Positions 10,439 through 23,347 are shown, counted from the stretch's first letter. The stretch is 45,626 nucleotides of DNA from Emiliania huxleyi CCMP1516 (GCF_000372725.1 NW_005202428.1:2717791-2763416), one strand, 5' to 3'. A program made the numbers and translations. The notes: a model not told the origin generated them from the sequence alone.

Positions 10439-11867
10439 CTATTTCATCATCTTGTTCCCCACCAGCGCCATGGCCTCCCCGTGTGAGAGCTTTGCAATCC
10501 CCCACTTCTCGAGGCAGCCCTCTGCCACGCCCTGCATGTGCGCGCTCAGCCCCGCATCCATCGGGTCCGAGCCCCGCAGGTGGCGTGTTATGTGCTTGAT
10601 GGCGAAGTCGACCGCGTACATGTCTCTCGCCCACGCGTCAGACCCGATGTGGGTGCCTATTCACGCGACACGCTCGTGCGAAGATACTCCACATCTCGCG
10701 TGGGAGTCGGTGATGGCACCGTGCAACCCAAGACGATACTCGTGCTCAATGCCGCTGTCCGCAAGCACGCGATGGAGCATCTCGGCGCCCGCGTACGGGT
10801 AGAGCTCATCTCGGCCGCCGCAATCGATTAGGATCTTCGTGCCGTGCTCCTTGAGAGCCTGCTGCGCCGCCGGGTTGCTCGCGATCGAGATGGCGTTGTT
10901 GGCGTGGAAGTCGTCCTCGTTGAGCACCCCGTCCTGCGGTGAGGTGAGGCAAGGTCAGGGTCTTTCCACGCGCAGGAATGGGGGCGGGCAGTGCGTGCGT
11001 GTCGCCCTCCTTATCGGCGAAGACGACGAGCTCGTTCGCCCAGGAGAGGGGCACATTCGGGTGCTCGAGGTAGAGGTCGGCCGCCTTTGCGGTGGGTGTG
11101 ATGGCTGCCGAGAGGCCACACACCACACCGAACACGTCGGGGTGCTTGAGCCCGAAGCGCAGCGCACCCTGGCCGGCCGAGCTGATACCCGTGATGGCAA
11201 CTTCTGCTGGGTTATCGGAGCCAACGTTGAAGTGTTCCCGAACGTGCGGCAGCAGCTCTTTGACGGTGAACGTCTCCCAGTTTGCGCTCCCGTTCGTCCA
11301 GTCCGACCACCGCCCGCAAGTGTTGGACAACTCCGCCATCTGAGGGTGGCCTGCGCAGGTGGCGCACAGCAAGGCAAGCGGCAAATTGGCAGCCTAGTGG
11401 CAGGACGGCTCCTTGCACCAATGACGCGGACAGAGAGCGTGCGACAACAATCGAGGCCACCTTTGCACGGCTCATGATGCCGCTGACCTGGCTCTTGCTC
11501 AGGTCGGACGGGTCCATGAAGCCAAAGACCTATTGAGGCGCGCACGGGCAGCACACAAGACTCACACACGGGGCGGCGGTGGGTGGGGCATGGACGCATC
11601 AATGCAGTAGGCAGCGGCGGGAGCGGGATGCATCGGCAGCGGGCCGGGAACCTGCTGCGGCTCCAGGATCATTGTATCCGGCATACCAGGTCCAGCGAGG
11701 CAAACCAGCAGCGGATGCCCGCCCTCCTTGTCGGGGTCGTACGCCTCGGGCAGCACGAGCGTGAACGGCACCTCTCCAGAGAAGCCCTCGTATGTGATCT
11801 GGGCCGTCTTAAGCGTCCCCCGGTGCACGGTGAAGGGCATCCCAGAGTAGCCCGCCGCCGCATACAT
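10439..11867 (-). CDS. Alpha/beta-hydrolase, putative esterase (S-formylglutathione hydrolase-like), multi-exon; start uncertain
   Basis: LVLPEAYDP..HPLLVCLAG; WETFTVKELLPHVREHF; AITGISSAGQGAL nucleophile elbow; ILIDCGGRDEL; HEYRLGLHGTH (spliced). Confidence 0.8.
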
Positions 11868-12358
11868 CGAGCGGGACGCGGCGCGTAGGACAGCAGCCGT
11901 ACGTCGGCTGCGATGCGGGAGCATGAGCATGTGTTGCGGCAACGGGGCGCGAGCGAGGCCGACACCAGTCGTTCTCCGTCCCATCCAAAGTGGAACAAAG
12001 AGAACGAATGGCAGCCGCGTGCCCAGTGTCGTGCAAAAGAAGAAGTCTCCGCTCAGCAAGAGGCGGGTTGCTGTGAGGCATAAACAAATAAATAGAGCAG
12101 CATCTCCATGAGACATGGGCGACGCACGAACACAGCGCGCACCCCGCCCCGTTTGGTGCCCGTTTGTAGGGCGTGCATCACACAGGCACAGGCAGGACAA
12201 ACACAAATGACGTGTGAGTGTTAAAGAAAATTCAACACGGAAACTTCCGCCGACTTCTGTCGGTCGGGAGACTCACGTGCAAAACTAGCGAGATCTCATA
12301 CCCCGGCGTCGAGTCGCCGTGTTGCAGCTCGCCAGGCCCTTGCTTTTTTGCAGCCAAC

Positions 12359-15300
12359 ATGACGCGAGCGACGCTCGCCTACGAGGAGACGCCGCTGAGC
12401 GCCGCGGCGCTCAAGCAGTACCGCGGCTCAGTCCTCCTCTACTGCAACGGCAAGCGGCACGAGATTGCCGCCGCCGACGCTCAGATGACGCTGCTCGAGT
12501 GGCTGCGCTCAGAGGGTTACACAGGCACGAAGCTCGGGTGCGGCGAGGGCGGCTGCGGCGCGTGCACCGTCGTCCTCTCCTCGCGCGGCGACGGCTCGGA
12601 GGTGCGGCACTCCGCCGTCAACGCATGCCTCATGCCGGTCTGCGCGGCAGACTGGTGCATGGTCACCACTGTGGAGGGGATCGGCTCGTCGCGCCGCGGC
12701 GAGGTACATCCTATTCAGGAGCGACTGGCCGCGCTGCACGGCTCGCAGTGCGGCTTCTGCACGCCCGGCATCGTCATGGCTCTCTACGCCGCGCTCCGCA
12801 CGTCGCCAGACATGTGCGCGACCCCGAGATGCGTTGAGAGTGGCAGCCGGGAGAAGAGGGGTGGCGAGCTGCGAGCATGCACCCCGTCCGAAAGAGCCCA
12901 CTCGCACCAGCGCCCGCCGGTTTCTTGCCCGAGCGGGAGAGGCACGAGGGGGGAGGGCGGAAGCGGCGGCACCGTGCAGCCCGGCCTCACGTCCCTCTGC
13001 CACTGCCACAGGCGCGCGGAGGAGCTGACGGAGAAGCTGGACGGGAACCTCTGCCGCTGCACCGGTTACCGGCCCATCCTCGACGCCGCCGCGTCGCTCT
13101 GCATCCGCGACGACGGCGGCAGCGGCTGCTGCGGCGGCGGCGGCGGCGAAAACGGCGGCGGCGGAAACGGGTGCGGCAGTGGCAACAAGGGGTGTGGCGG
13201 CGGGGGCGGGGCGGGCGGTTGCGCCGCGTCGCTGCCCTCCGACTGTAAGCTGCTTCCGGACGGCGACGTGGTGAGCAGCACCGCCTCCAAGCTGGCCAAG
13301 CACACGACGCCGTACGCGGCGACTGACGCAGCCGAGTCGGAGCCGGCCTTGCCCGAGGAGCTGCTCGCTTGGCCGCCCCCGCCCCTCCACATCCCCGCCG
13401 CGCCTCGCCGGCCGACCGCCTCCCGCGCGCCACGGCCGGGCGCAGCGAGCCCCCCTCACGCCTCCGCGCTGTGAGCAGACCGACGGCGTGGTGGAGCCCC
13501 ACCTCGCTGCAGGAGCTGCTCGCGCTCAAGGCGTCGCTCGGCGAGAGGGGCCGCATTGTCACCGGCGCCTCGGAGGCGGGCGGTGGGGGGCGGCAGGCTG
13601 CCCCGCTGGCCGAGCCGCCTCGTCACCCCCTCTCCCCTGCGGCCAGGTCACCATCGAGGCGCGGTACAAGCGCCGCTCCGCAGACGCGTGACCCTGTCTC
13701 TAGATGCAAGGCCGTGCTCCCTGCGTTGGTAGCCTTTGCTTGCCGACGCTGCTCTGAAGACACGGCACGGTGCCGTGCTCCCACCCGCAGCCCCCTGTGG
13801 TCATGCACGACTAGGTACCTCTCCCCCTCGCGCGTGCCGCAGCTGGTGGTGCGAACACCCCCCCCCCCCCCTCCCCCCCTGGAGATGGCGCGGGCCGGCC
13901 TCAGCTTGGGCTGTGTCCGCGACGCGTCCCTGACCATGTCCCGCAGGCGTGCGAGGACGGCGCGAAGGGCCTCACCCTCGGCGCGTGCGCGCCTCTCTCG
14001 GATGTGGAGGCGTTGTGCGAGGCGGCGGGCCGCGCCCGACCAGGCGGGCGGAGGAGGGGAGGAGGAGGGAGGGGGAGAGGGGAGGAGGGGAGGCGGAGAG
14101 GGAGAGGAGGAGGGGAGAGGGGGAGAGAGGTCTGACGGCACTCGCGGTGACACGCCCACGCTGTGCGGCTCAGGCTGCGAGGGCGAGGCGGCGCGCGCCT
14201 GCGCCACGATGCTCCGCTGGTTCGCATCGACGCAGATTCGGAACGTCGCTTCGCTCGGCGGCAACATCGCGACCGCGTCCCCCATCTCGGACATGATCCC
14301 GACTCTGCTCGCGTGCGGAGCGTCGCTGACCGCCGCGTCGGAGGCGCGCGGCGAGCGGACCGTCCCGCTCGCCGGTTTCGTCACCGGCTATCGCCGCGTC
14401 GCCCTCGAGCCGGACGAGGTGTGCGCCGAGAGCCGGACGAGAGTGGGGCGGTGGTGCCGCCGCTCCCCTCGGCATGTGGGGTCTTGAGAGTGCGCACCCC
14501 CCCCCCCTCCCCCTCTCTCCTCCCCCTCTGCAGGTGATCGTCTCCTTCTTCGTGCCGCACTGCGCGCCGCTCGAGTTCGTGCGGCCGTACAAGCAGGCGC
14601 GCCGCCGCGAGGACGACATCTCCATCGTCTCGTGCGCGTTGCGCGTCCGACTCGAGCCGGCGCAGCGCGAGGGGCGCGGTGTCTGGCTCGTCTCTGACGC
14701 GGCGCTGGCGTACGGAGGGCTTGCGCCGACGGCGGTGCTCGCGGCGAAGACGGCGGACAAGCTGCGCGGCTGTACGTGGGACGCGGCGGCGGTAGACGCG
14801 CTGCTGCCCGCCGTGATGTCCGAGCTCGCCGTGCCTCACGACGCGCCGGGCGGCCAACCAGAGTACCGCACCGCCCTCGCCGGCTCCTTCCTCTTCAAGT
14901 TCTTCGTCGCGACTTCGGCGTCGCTCGCGACCGTCGCGCCCGTCGGCTCGCCTCCGCCCCCCCTCGTCGCCGAGGCGGACGCGTCCGCGGCCGTGTCGTG
15001 GCTCGAGGAGCCAAAGCCGGCCTCGGGCGGCGAGCAGCGGTTCCCGCACGCGTCCTACCCCGGCCTCGAGTCGCAGTCTCCGGGCGGCAAGACGGCGTGG
15101 GGCATCGAGGGGCCGCGCGCCATCGAGCCGCCCACCGCGTCGGAGAAGGAGGCGCGGCGCGGCGGCGACGGCGGTCTCGCGCCGAAGGGCTCGAGCGGCG
15201 CGTTTCCTCGCACAGCGTCAGCGTTTTCCTGGACTGTGTCCTTGACCTGTCCCATGACACGACCCGCAGGCGCCGACTCGGATCGCGTGCGTGTCGTCGG

Positions 15301-18200
15301 GGAGTCGCACCCGCACGCGGCCGGCCGGCTCCACACGACCGGCGAGGCCGAGTACACGGACGACGTGCGTCCACCCGCCAGCCCACTCGCACATGGAGGC
15401 GCACTTGCGACACGCCGCCCGCCTACGTGCCCAGCGCCGCCCGCGGTTGCTCACAGGTCCGCCCTCCCGCTGGCATGCTGCACGCGTGGCTGGTTCGGGC
15501 GACGGTGGCGCCCGCTTCAATCCTGCGCATCGACGCCGCGGCTGCGCGCGCGATGCCGGGCGTGGCGGACGTCATCTTCGCCTCCGACCTCCCGCCCGGC
15601 GGGCAGAATGCGCTCGGTCCGGTCGCAAAGGATGAGGAGTGCTTCGCGGACGGGCACGCCTCGCACGTGGGGCAGGCGAGACATCAGCTGATGCCCGGCG
15701 AGACATCAGCCGCCCTCAACAGAGATGAGCCGAGAGGGACAGAGACGGGCTGAGACGAGTCGAGATGGCCCGAGATGGCCCGAGATGGCCCGAGATGGCC
15801 CGAGATGGCCCGAGATGGCCCGAGGCTGCGCCCTGACGCACAGGTGATCGGCGTGGCGGTGGCCGACTCGATCGAGGCGGCTCGCGCGGCGGCGGAGGCG
15901 GTCGCCGTCGAGTACGGCGACCCGTGGGAGCCCCCCATCTACACCATCGATGCCGCGGTGGCGGCGGGATCCTTCTTCGACGGCACGCGCGGCGACGAGC
16001 GCACGTCGTGGTCTCGGACCGGCGCCGCGCTCGGCATCACGACGGCGCACGACCTGGAGGCGGGCCGCGACATCGACGAGGCGTTCGCCGAGGAGGGGCT
16101 GACCGTCGTGTCGGGCGAGTTCCGCGTGGGCGGGCAGGAGCACTTTTACCTCGAGCCGATGACGTGCCTCGCCGAGCCGACAGACGACGGCGGCATCTCG
16201 GTCCTCTCCTCGACTCAGGCGAGGGCATGCTGGAGAGCACACTCGATAGCACTGCGGGTAAAGTGATGCCGAGACTACGGCCGAGCGCACAGCCGAGGGG
16301 CTAGCCGAGGCGCTGACGGCGCGGCGCACCCACCGCAGGGCGTCGACAAGACGCACAAGACGGTCGCCCGGCTGCTCAACCTGCCCGCCGCCAAGGTGGT
16401 CTCCAAGGTTCGCCGGATGGGGGGCGGCTTCGGCGGCAAGGAGACGCGGACCGCCTTCGTGGCGGCGGCGTGCGCGGCGGCCGCCTACAAGGTGAACGCA
16501 CCCGTCCGCCTCGCGCTGCGGCGCGACGTCGACATGGGCACCACGGGCGGGCGGCACCCGTTCGTGGTCAAGTACACGGCGGCGGCGAGGCGGGACGGCA
16601 AGGGCGTGCCCAAGCTCGCCGCCCTCAAGGCGCAGCTCTACTCGAACGGCGGCGCCTTCCTCGACCTCTCCGGCCCCGTGATGGACCGCGCCCTCCTCCA
16701 CCTCGACAACTGCTACCGCTGGCCCGCCTTCAGCGCGCGTGGCGTCGTCTGCCGCACCCACACGCCGCCGAACACGGCCTTCCGCGGCTTTGGCGGCCCG
16801 CAGGGCCTCATCGCGTGCGAGCACATCCTGGAGCACCTCGCGACGGAGCTGCGCGTGCCGCCCGACGCGCTCCGCGAGGCGAACATGTACGCCGAGGGCG
16901 ACGCGCTCCCGTTCGGGCAGGTGCTCTGCGCCGGCGAGTGGCGCGTGCCGCGTGCGTGGCGAGAGCTGCGCGAGGGCGCCGAGGTGGAGGCGCGGCGCGA
17001 GGCGGCGGCCGCCTTCAACGCGGCGCACCGCTGGCGCAAGCGCGGCGTCGCCATGCTGCCCACCAAGTTCGGCATCAACTTCACCGCAAAGTTCATGAAC
17101 CAGGGCGGCGCGCTCGTGCACGTCTACACAGACGGCACGGTGCTCATCACGCACGGCGGCACCGAGATGGGGCAGGGCCTGCACACAAAGGTGTGCCAGG
17201 TGGCGGCCAAGGCGTTCGGCGTGCCGCTCTCCGCCTGCCACGTCGCCGAGAGCGCCTCCGACAAGGTTGCGAACTCGATCCCGACCGCCGCCTCCGCCTC
17301 GACCGACCTGTACGGCATGGCGACGCTCGACGCGTGCCGCAAGATCCTCAAGCGGCTCGAGCCGGTGCGGAACAAGCTCGGGCCGGGCGCGTCGCTGGCG
17401 GAGCTCGCGCTGACGGCGTGGCTCGACCGGATCGACCTCTCCGCGCACGGCTTCTTCTCCATCTCGGACGAGCGGTGCGGCTTCGACTGGGCCATCCAGC
17501 CGGGCAAGCACGCCGACGGCACGCCCGACCAGACGACGCGCGGCCACCCGTTCAACTACTTCACGCAGGGGTGCGCCGTGGCAGAGGTGGAGGTGGACGT
17601 CCTCACCGGCGACCACGCCGTCCTGCGCGCCGACGTGCTGCTCGACCTCGGCTCCTCGATCAACCCGGCGCTCGACGTCGGCCAGATCGAGGGCGCCTTT
17701 GTGCAGGGCGCCGGCTGGACCACCACCGAAGAGCTCATCTGGGGCGACGAGCAGCACCCGTGGGTGCGGCCGCAGGGCAAGCTACTCAACTCGGGCCCGG
17801 GCGGGTACAAGCTCCCCGCCTTCAACGACGCGCCGCGCACCTTCAACGTGCGCCTCCTCTCCGGCGCAGACAACCCCGTCGCGGTGCACTCCTCAAAGGC
17901 AGTGGGAGAGCCGCCATTCTTCCTCGGCGCGTCGGTCTTCTTCGCGGCGCGCGCGGCTCGCGGCCGCACGCCACAGAGCCGCCCACCGCACCCTCACGCG
18001 CGCGCTGGTGGCGGTAGGTGCGCAACGCGGTGCGCGCGGCGCGCGCCTCGCACTTCCCCGACGCCGCCGACGCGCACCTCGAGATGTACTCGCCCGCCAC
18101 GAGCGAGCGGATCCGGCTGGCGTGCGCCGACAAGATCGCCGCGGCGGCCATCGGCGGCGAGGCCGGGCCCGCCGGCTTCCAGCCCAAGGGCTCCTTCTGA
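12359..18200 (+). CDS. XDH: Xanthine dehydrogenase (multi-exon)
   Basis: [22 protein letters not shown] and [12 protein letters not shown] (two Fe-S clusters); [15 protein letters not shown] and [10 protein letters not shown] (FAD domain); [36 protein letters not shown] (Moco domain). Confidence 0.97.
15761..15824 (+). repeat. Intronic 10-bp tandem repeat (CGAGATGGCC)x6
   Basis: Read directly inside an XDH intron. Confidence 0.95.
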
Positions 18201-19513
18201 GCGCGGCTTTAGCCGCGCTGGAGGCGGAGGAGCGGGGGATAGTATGCCGCCAGGCAGGGCAGGGCCGGGATAGCAGGCTCCCGAGCGGATGGCGGTGCAC
18301 GATCGGCTGCGTCTAGGTCTACCTCAGACGCCATGCGCCTTGGTCGCAGCGACGCGATCGGAAGGGGCGTCAGGCGAGATCTTTGTCCACTGCGCACGCT
18401 GGTCAGGACGCGGGGCGGACGCGCTCAACTTGCCACAGTAATAAGTTTGTCGCCGTCTCTGTGGTTTCTGTATTGCTTTTGATGGGGGATGCATGTGCGT
18501 TGTTCTGAGGCGCGCGGCTCGCTGTATTATATTCTGGTCGAGAGGATTTTTCACAAAATTAAAAAGTAACTGCATCTGGCTCTTTTACTTTTTCGGTTTT
18601 TTAGCAATCTTTCGCGCGGGGCCGGCCGGCTACCCGGGGTGCGCCGGGCTGGAGGGGGGGGGGGGCGTGCTGCCGCTGGCCATCCAGGCCAGTACAGTGC
18701 AACACACAAAGTGTAGTGCTGTTGCTGACACCCCGCCGCTTATAGCTGCTGACAGGAATTCACGACCAGAACCTTTGCTGCTGACACACAGCCTCCAGCA
18801 TGCAGCAACAGCATCATGTTGTACTGGCCGAGAGATGTTGTAAGGGTCTGGTATGTGTCAGCAGCTTAGCCTAAGGGTTCTGGTATGTCGTATGTGTCAG
18901 CAGCCGGGTGTGGAAAAGGGGGTGAACCGCGCCATCCTCGATCGCCGTGCAAAGCTCGCTTCCGAGCTCGTCTGACGCCGCGCGTAGGGCCCTTTGGGGC
19001 CTAGAGAGCACAACCCCCTCTCCCTCTTCGCCCAGTAAGCTAAAAGTACGTACATTCAAAAAAAACAGATATTCTTATCTTTTTGCCCCCCTCCGAGACT
19101 GGAGACCCCCAGTATCAGACCAGGGGGACTGCCCCCCGCCCCCGCTTGCCCTGCCTCCGGTATGCTACATACTAGTAGGTTTTCTGAACGGAGATCTCCT
19201 TTCAATCGCAGTGTCTCTTGCTCGGAGCCTTCCCTCCCGCTAGCGGGAGGTCCCCAGTTCGAAACCTGTTCGCTGTTCGACCCTTATATTTTTTGTTCAC
19301 ACCTGAGCGGGCTCAATTTTGCTCAGATGCTCCTACGAATTCGAAATCGTGTCCTCACGCTTAGCGCTTGGTGTGCGTTCGTTTTTCGTCACGGGTTGAG
19401 CACCCCGCAGAAGGGACGCGCGTACTTCGTGAGCAGCCCTGCAGCCCCCATACTGCACCGCCGTCCCAGGCACTCCTGAATCGCCCCACGCACCTCTGTC
19501 CACACAGGGCGAA

Positions 19514-20314
19514 ATGGCGGAGACGCCGGGCGGCAACCAGACGCCGGGCAAGGCGTCCAAGAAGCTCAAGGACTCCAAGTTCGGCGAGACGATCGTCGAG
19601 GAGGTGCGCTCCCGCTACACGGCCGCCCTCTCTCACCTTCCTGACCCCGCGTTGCGCCTCCTTCAGAACCAAGTGAGCGTGACCGTCATGCTGACCGGCG
19701 TCGCCCTCGTCGAGATGGGCTACGAGCTGCGGGTGTGAGCCTCCCCCCCTCCCCTTCCCCATCTGGGCCCGTCCTGATCCCCAGTTCCCGTCGGAGTAGG
19801 ACGCGCTCCAGGCCGGCATGTACGAGATGGCCGACGCGCAGGGGTGCATCAACACGTACCTGCCGCAGCATGTGACGCGGAACCGGATTCTCGACTTTCA
19901 GGGTGAGACGTGGAAGGACAAGCGCGACATGGAGCGGCCCAACAAGAACTATGCGCGCGCTCCGGGCTGGTCGAACGTGCAGTACCAGATCAGGGGGTAC
20001 ATCGTCCACCCCAAAGACCTCGTCAAGGTGCGCGCGACATAGTTCGCCCCTGGTCGGATCTCTCCCCCCCCAACACGCTACTGGCAGCCATCGGCGGACC
20101 TCCCACTCATTACCTCCCACGACTGCTACAGATCCTGGACCAGGTCGTCAAGAAGATCCCGGGCTTCTCCCACGAGGTCAACTACTTCCTCCGGCGCGAG
20201 ACGGAGACCGGCACCTTCGATGAGGCGACCACGCTCGGGGACATCGACCACCTGGAGTTCGAGATGCAAAGTCCAAAGAACCCTGCACAAAGATCGCAAG
20301 GGCGGGGACCTTGA
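19514..20314 (+). CDS. Hypothetical protein, 4 exons, GT-AG introns
   Basis: Three GT-AG introns join the frames MAETPGG.. / NQVSVTV.. / DALQAGMYE.. / ILDQVVKK..; codons are GC3-rich; no recognised domain. Confidence 0.6.
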
Positions 20315-20620
20315 TCCCTTTTACCCATCTCACAGTAGAGAGGTGTCGTTTTTACAGTGCGCACCCCGCCCCGCTCTTTCCTCCCTTCGTTCTCTGTTTG
20401 GGTTCGGGACGTATTCACAGCAGTGTGAAGGAATGTGCTATGTGGTGCTGCCTGAGTAAATGAAAAAGCCGAGCGGCCGGCCTCCGTTCACTCACCCAGC
20501 AGCGTCACACAGGCGACCCTCCGAGCGGCGCTGCCGCTCGACCCGAGAATTCTTTTTGTGAGCCAGTCCCGTGCCCACTGTTGTGCGAGTGACAAAATTC
20601 TTTTTGTGAGCCAGTCCCGT

Positions 20621-21928
20621 AAAAAAGAAAGAAAACAGACAACCCAAGGGAGGGATGGGAGGACGGCACGCCGCCACCACACAGGGATTTTAAGGAGAGG
20701 AGTGTGATGCGCTAGCCGTCGCCCACCCTAGGGAGTCTGCCTCTTCCTATCTCTTTTCGCAGTCTCTCGCCGATTCTCGCTGCAACCTTCATGCCACCTC
20801 GCGGCCGTCCCACTCTCGTCGTTCTCTCCCTTGTCACTTCCTCCCTGTCGCGTCATTCTCTTCTGCCTCGTCCTGCGCCGCCGCCGCCTGCCGTTCCCTT
20901 GTTCTCTCGGCTTCTTTCGCCTTTCGGCGCAGCTCCGCCCTCCTTGCTGCATATCCTGGCCCCTCGAGTCTATCGAGCTCCCCTCGCGCAAGGACCACAT
21001 TTCTGACTCCCACTCCGATCATTTGCCTCCAGGTCATGTTGTTGCTCAGGTCCACTCTCTCTTCGAACACTCGTGCCTCTACGGATGATGCCGGCGCTGG
21101 GGTCCCCTTCGGATGCCAGTCCCGAAAAAGAAAGAAAGAAAACAGACAACCCAAGGGAGGGATGGGAGGACGGCACGCCGCCAGTCCCGTAAGAAAGAAA
21201 GAAAGAAAACACACAACCCAAGGGAGGGATGGGAGAACGGCACGCCGCCACCACACAGGGATTTTAAGGAGAGGAGTGTGGTGCGCTAGCCGTCGCCCAC
21301 CCTGGGGAGTCTGCCTCTTCGTATCTCTTTTCGCAGTCTCTCGCCGCTTCTCGCTGCAACCTTCATGCCACCTCGCGGCCGTCCCACTCTCGTCGGTCTC
21401 TCCCTTGTCACTTCCTCCTCTGTCGCGTCGTTCTCTTCTGCCTCGTCCTGCGACGCCGCCGCCTGCCGGTCCCTTGTTCTCGCGGCTTCTTTCGCCTTGC
21501 GCAACTCCGTCCTCCTCGCGGCGTATCCTGGCCCCTCGAGTCTATCAAGCTCCCCTCGCGCAAGGACCACATTTCTGACTCCCACTCCGATCATTTGCCT
21601 ACACGTCATGTTGTTGCTCAGGTCCACTCTCTCTTCGAACACTCGTGCCTCTACGGATGATGCTGGCGCTGGGGTCCCCTTCGGATGCATCGTGACATCT
21701 GACAACTGAATTTCCACTGGTTCGTCCTCCTCTGAGTCATCTTCCCCGTCCTCCTTCCGCTCGGCCCTTCGCTCGGTACGTTCGGTGTGGCTCACCCTCC
21801 ATGCCGTGAACAGGCGCTTTATCCACCCTATATTCTTCTCTCGTTCCTCTGCCCGTGCCTTGGTCTTGTCGTTGTTTCGCACCCATGTCTGTATGGCAAT
21901 CGAGGCTGCCTTCCCCACTACCTGTCCG
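20621..21928 (-). mobile_element. Three tandem, differently truncated copies of a T-tailed element (20621-21115, 21126-21180, 21191-21928)
   Basis: All three share one end (...CCCTTGGGTTGTSTGTTTTCTTTC...). They are separated and flanked by CCAGTCCCGW at 20611, 21116, 21181 and 21929. Confidence 0.8.
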
Positions 21929-22132
21929 CCAGTCCCGTGCCCACTGTTTTGCTGGCCAGAAAATTCTTTTTGTGAGCCCAGTGTGCCCGCCACGAAGCAC
22001 TTCGACGCCTTGTCAGTGCTCGTTCGCCGGCGCTCTAAATCCGGCGCAAGTCGGGCTATTTCTCGCTCCACCGCTGCTCCACCCTGCGCTAAAAAAAGGC
22101 CTGCGTTCTGCGAAGAAAGCCAGACTCGGTGC

Positions 22133-23023
22133 ATGTCGCTGCGCCGCCGCTCCTCCCTGCTGCTCCTGCTGCGCTTCTCGGCCTCCTCCGCCGAGGCAGA
22201 CCTCGAGCTCGTCCGCGGCTGGCCCGAGCGGCCGCCTGGCTCTGCTGCCAAGCGGCTGACGCTGATCCGGCACGCGGAGGCGCTGCACAACCGCGACGCC
22301 AGGCAGATGCCAAACTACTTCACCGACGGTCTCGGCCACACCGCCGCGTACTGGGACTCGCCGCTCACGCCGGAGGGCGAGCAGCAGGCGCGGCTCCTGG
22401 CCGGCAAGCTGCAGTTCCGGCAGGAGGTCGGCTCGCCACAGCTGGTTGCGGTGTCGCCGATGACCCGCACCCTGCAGACGGCCTCGCTAGCCTTCCCGGA
22501 CATCCCCGAGCCGGCGGCCGGTCGTGCTCCCCTCGTCCGCCCTCCCTTTGTCGCCACCTCGCTCGCCCGGGAGAGGATCGGGAACCACAGCTGCGACGGG
22601 CGGCGCGAGCGCGTGGCGCTGGAGGGGGAGTTCCCGCATGTCGACTTCAGCGAGGTGGCCGACGGCGCCGACGAGATGTGGGAGCACAAGGAGGTAGAGC
22701 CGGACGGGATGAACTCGACCGCGTGTGGTGCCCGCGCGGGGAGGCTGCTGGCGTGGTTGTGGCGGAGGCGCGAGGGCGAGGCTTGGCGGTGCCTTGGGTC
22801 CTCCTCCTCACGTCCGTGACGTGCCCGTAGGCCGGAGCCCGAGATCGCCGTCGTCTCCCACTGGGTCTTCCTCTCGCACTTGCTGCGGCCGCACGGGTTC
22901 GACGACGCGTTTGTGCAGATGGGCAACGCTGAGATGCGTTTCGTGACGCTGCAGGAGAGGGCCGCAAGGCCGAGCAGTAGAAGCAGCAGCGATAGCAGCA
23001 GTGGTCCCAAGCAGGAGCTCTGA
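22133..23023 (+). CDS. Histidine phosphatase (phosphoglycerate mutase-like), 1 intron
   Basis: LIRHAEALHN, DSPLTPEGEQQA, VSPMTRTLQTA, RERIGNHSCD; spliced RPEPEIAVVSH; ends KQEL*. Confidence 0.9.
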
Positions 23024-23271
23024 CCACTGACGCGCGATTTTTTGATGTCCCTTAATTAATAAATTTTCTCACCGTGTTGAGGCTCACCGTCGTCTTTATT
23101 CTTTTTGTGTTCCCCTCGCGAGAGCTGCCTGAAAGAAGAATTTTTACGGAAAGTGGAAAGAAAAAACTTCATTGCCCGCGCTCTGGGTGCGCTTTTCTTT
23201 AGCTCCCCGGCCCTGGATGTGAGGCTGATGACTGCACTCCAACTCTCCAAGTGCTCCAAATTGCGACAGGC

Positions 23272-23347
23272 CACACGGGCTGAGGCACAGGCGCCGCGTC
23301 CTCCCAACCCTCCCTTGGGTGCTTTTGGGTTGGTTGTCTGTTTTTTT
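23272..23347 (+). mobile_element. Very short relative of the T-tailed element with TSD
   Basis: GTCCTCCCAACCCTCCCTTGGGT...GGTTGTCTGTTTTTTT flanked by GCGACAGGC at 23263-23271 and 23348-23356. Confidence 0.65.

Noticed and set aside
13110..13230. Gly/Cys-rich insertion in XDH
   Set aside because: Lies in the variable linker after the Fe-S domain, where GCCGG-type segments are common.
15706..17757. Long antisense and alternative-frame ORFs over XDH and other genes
   Set aside because: Shadows of GC3-rich coding sequence; Arg/Ala/Gly-rich with no motifs.
20545..21985. CRISPR-like repeat/spacer array
   Set aside because: The repeat is only 10 bp, the intervening segments are 38-738 bp and mostly homologous to each other, the context is eukaryotic, and there are no cas genes.
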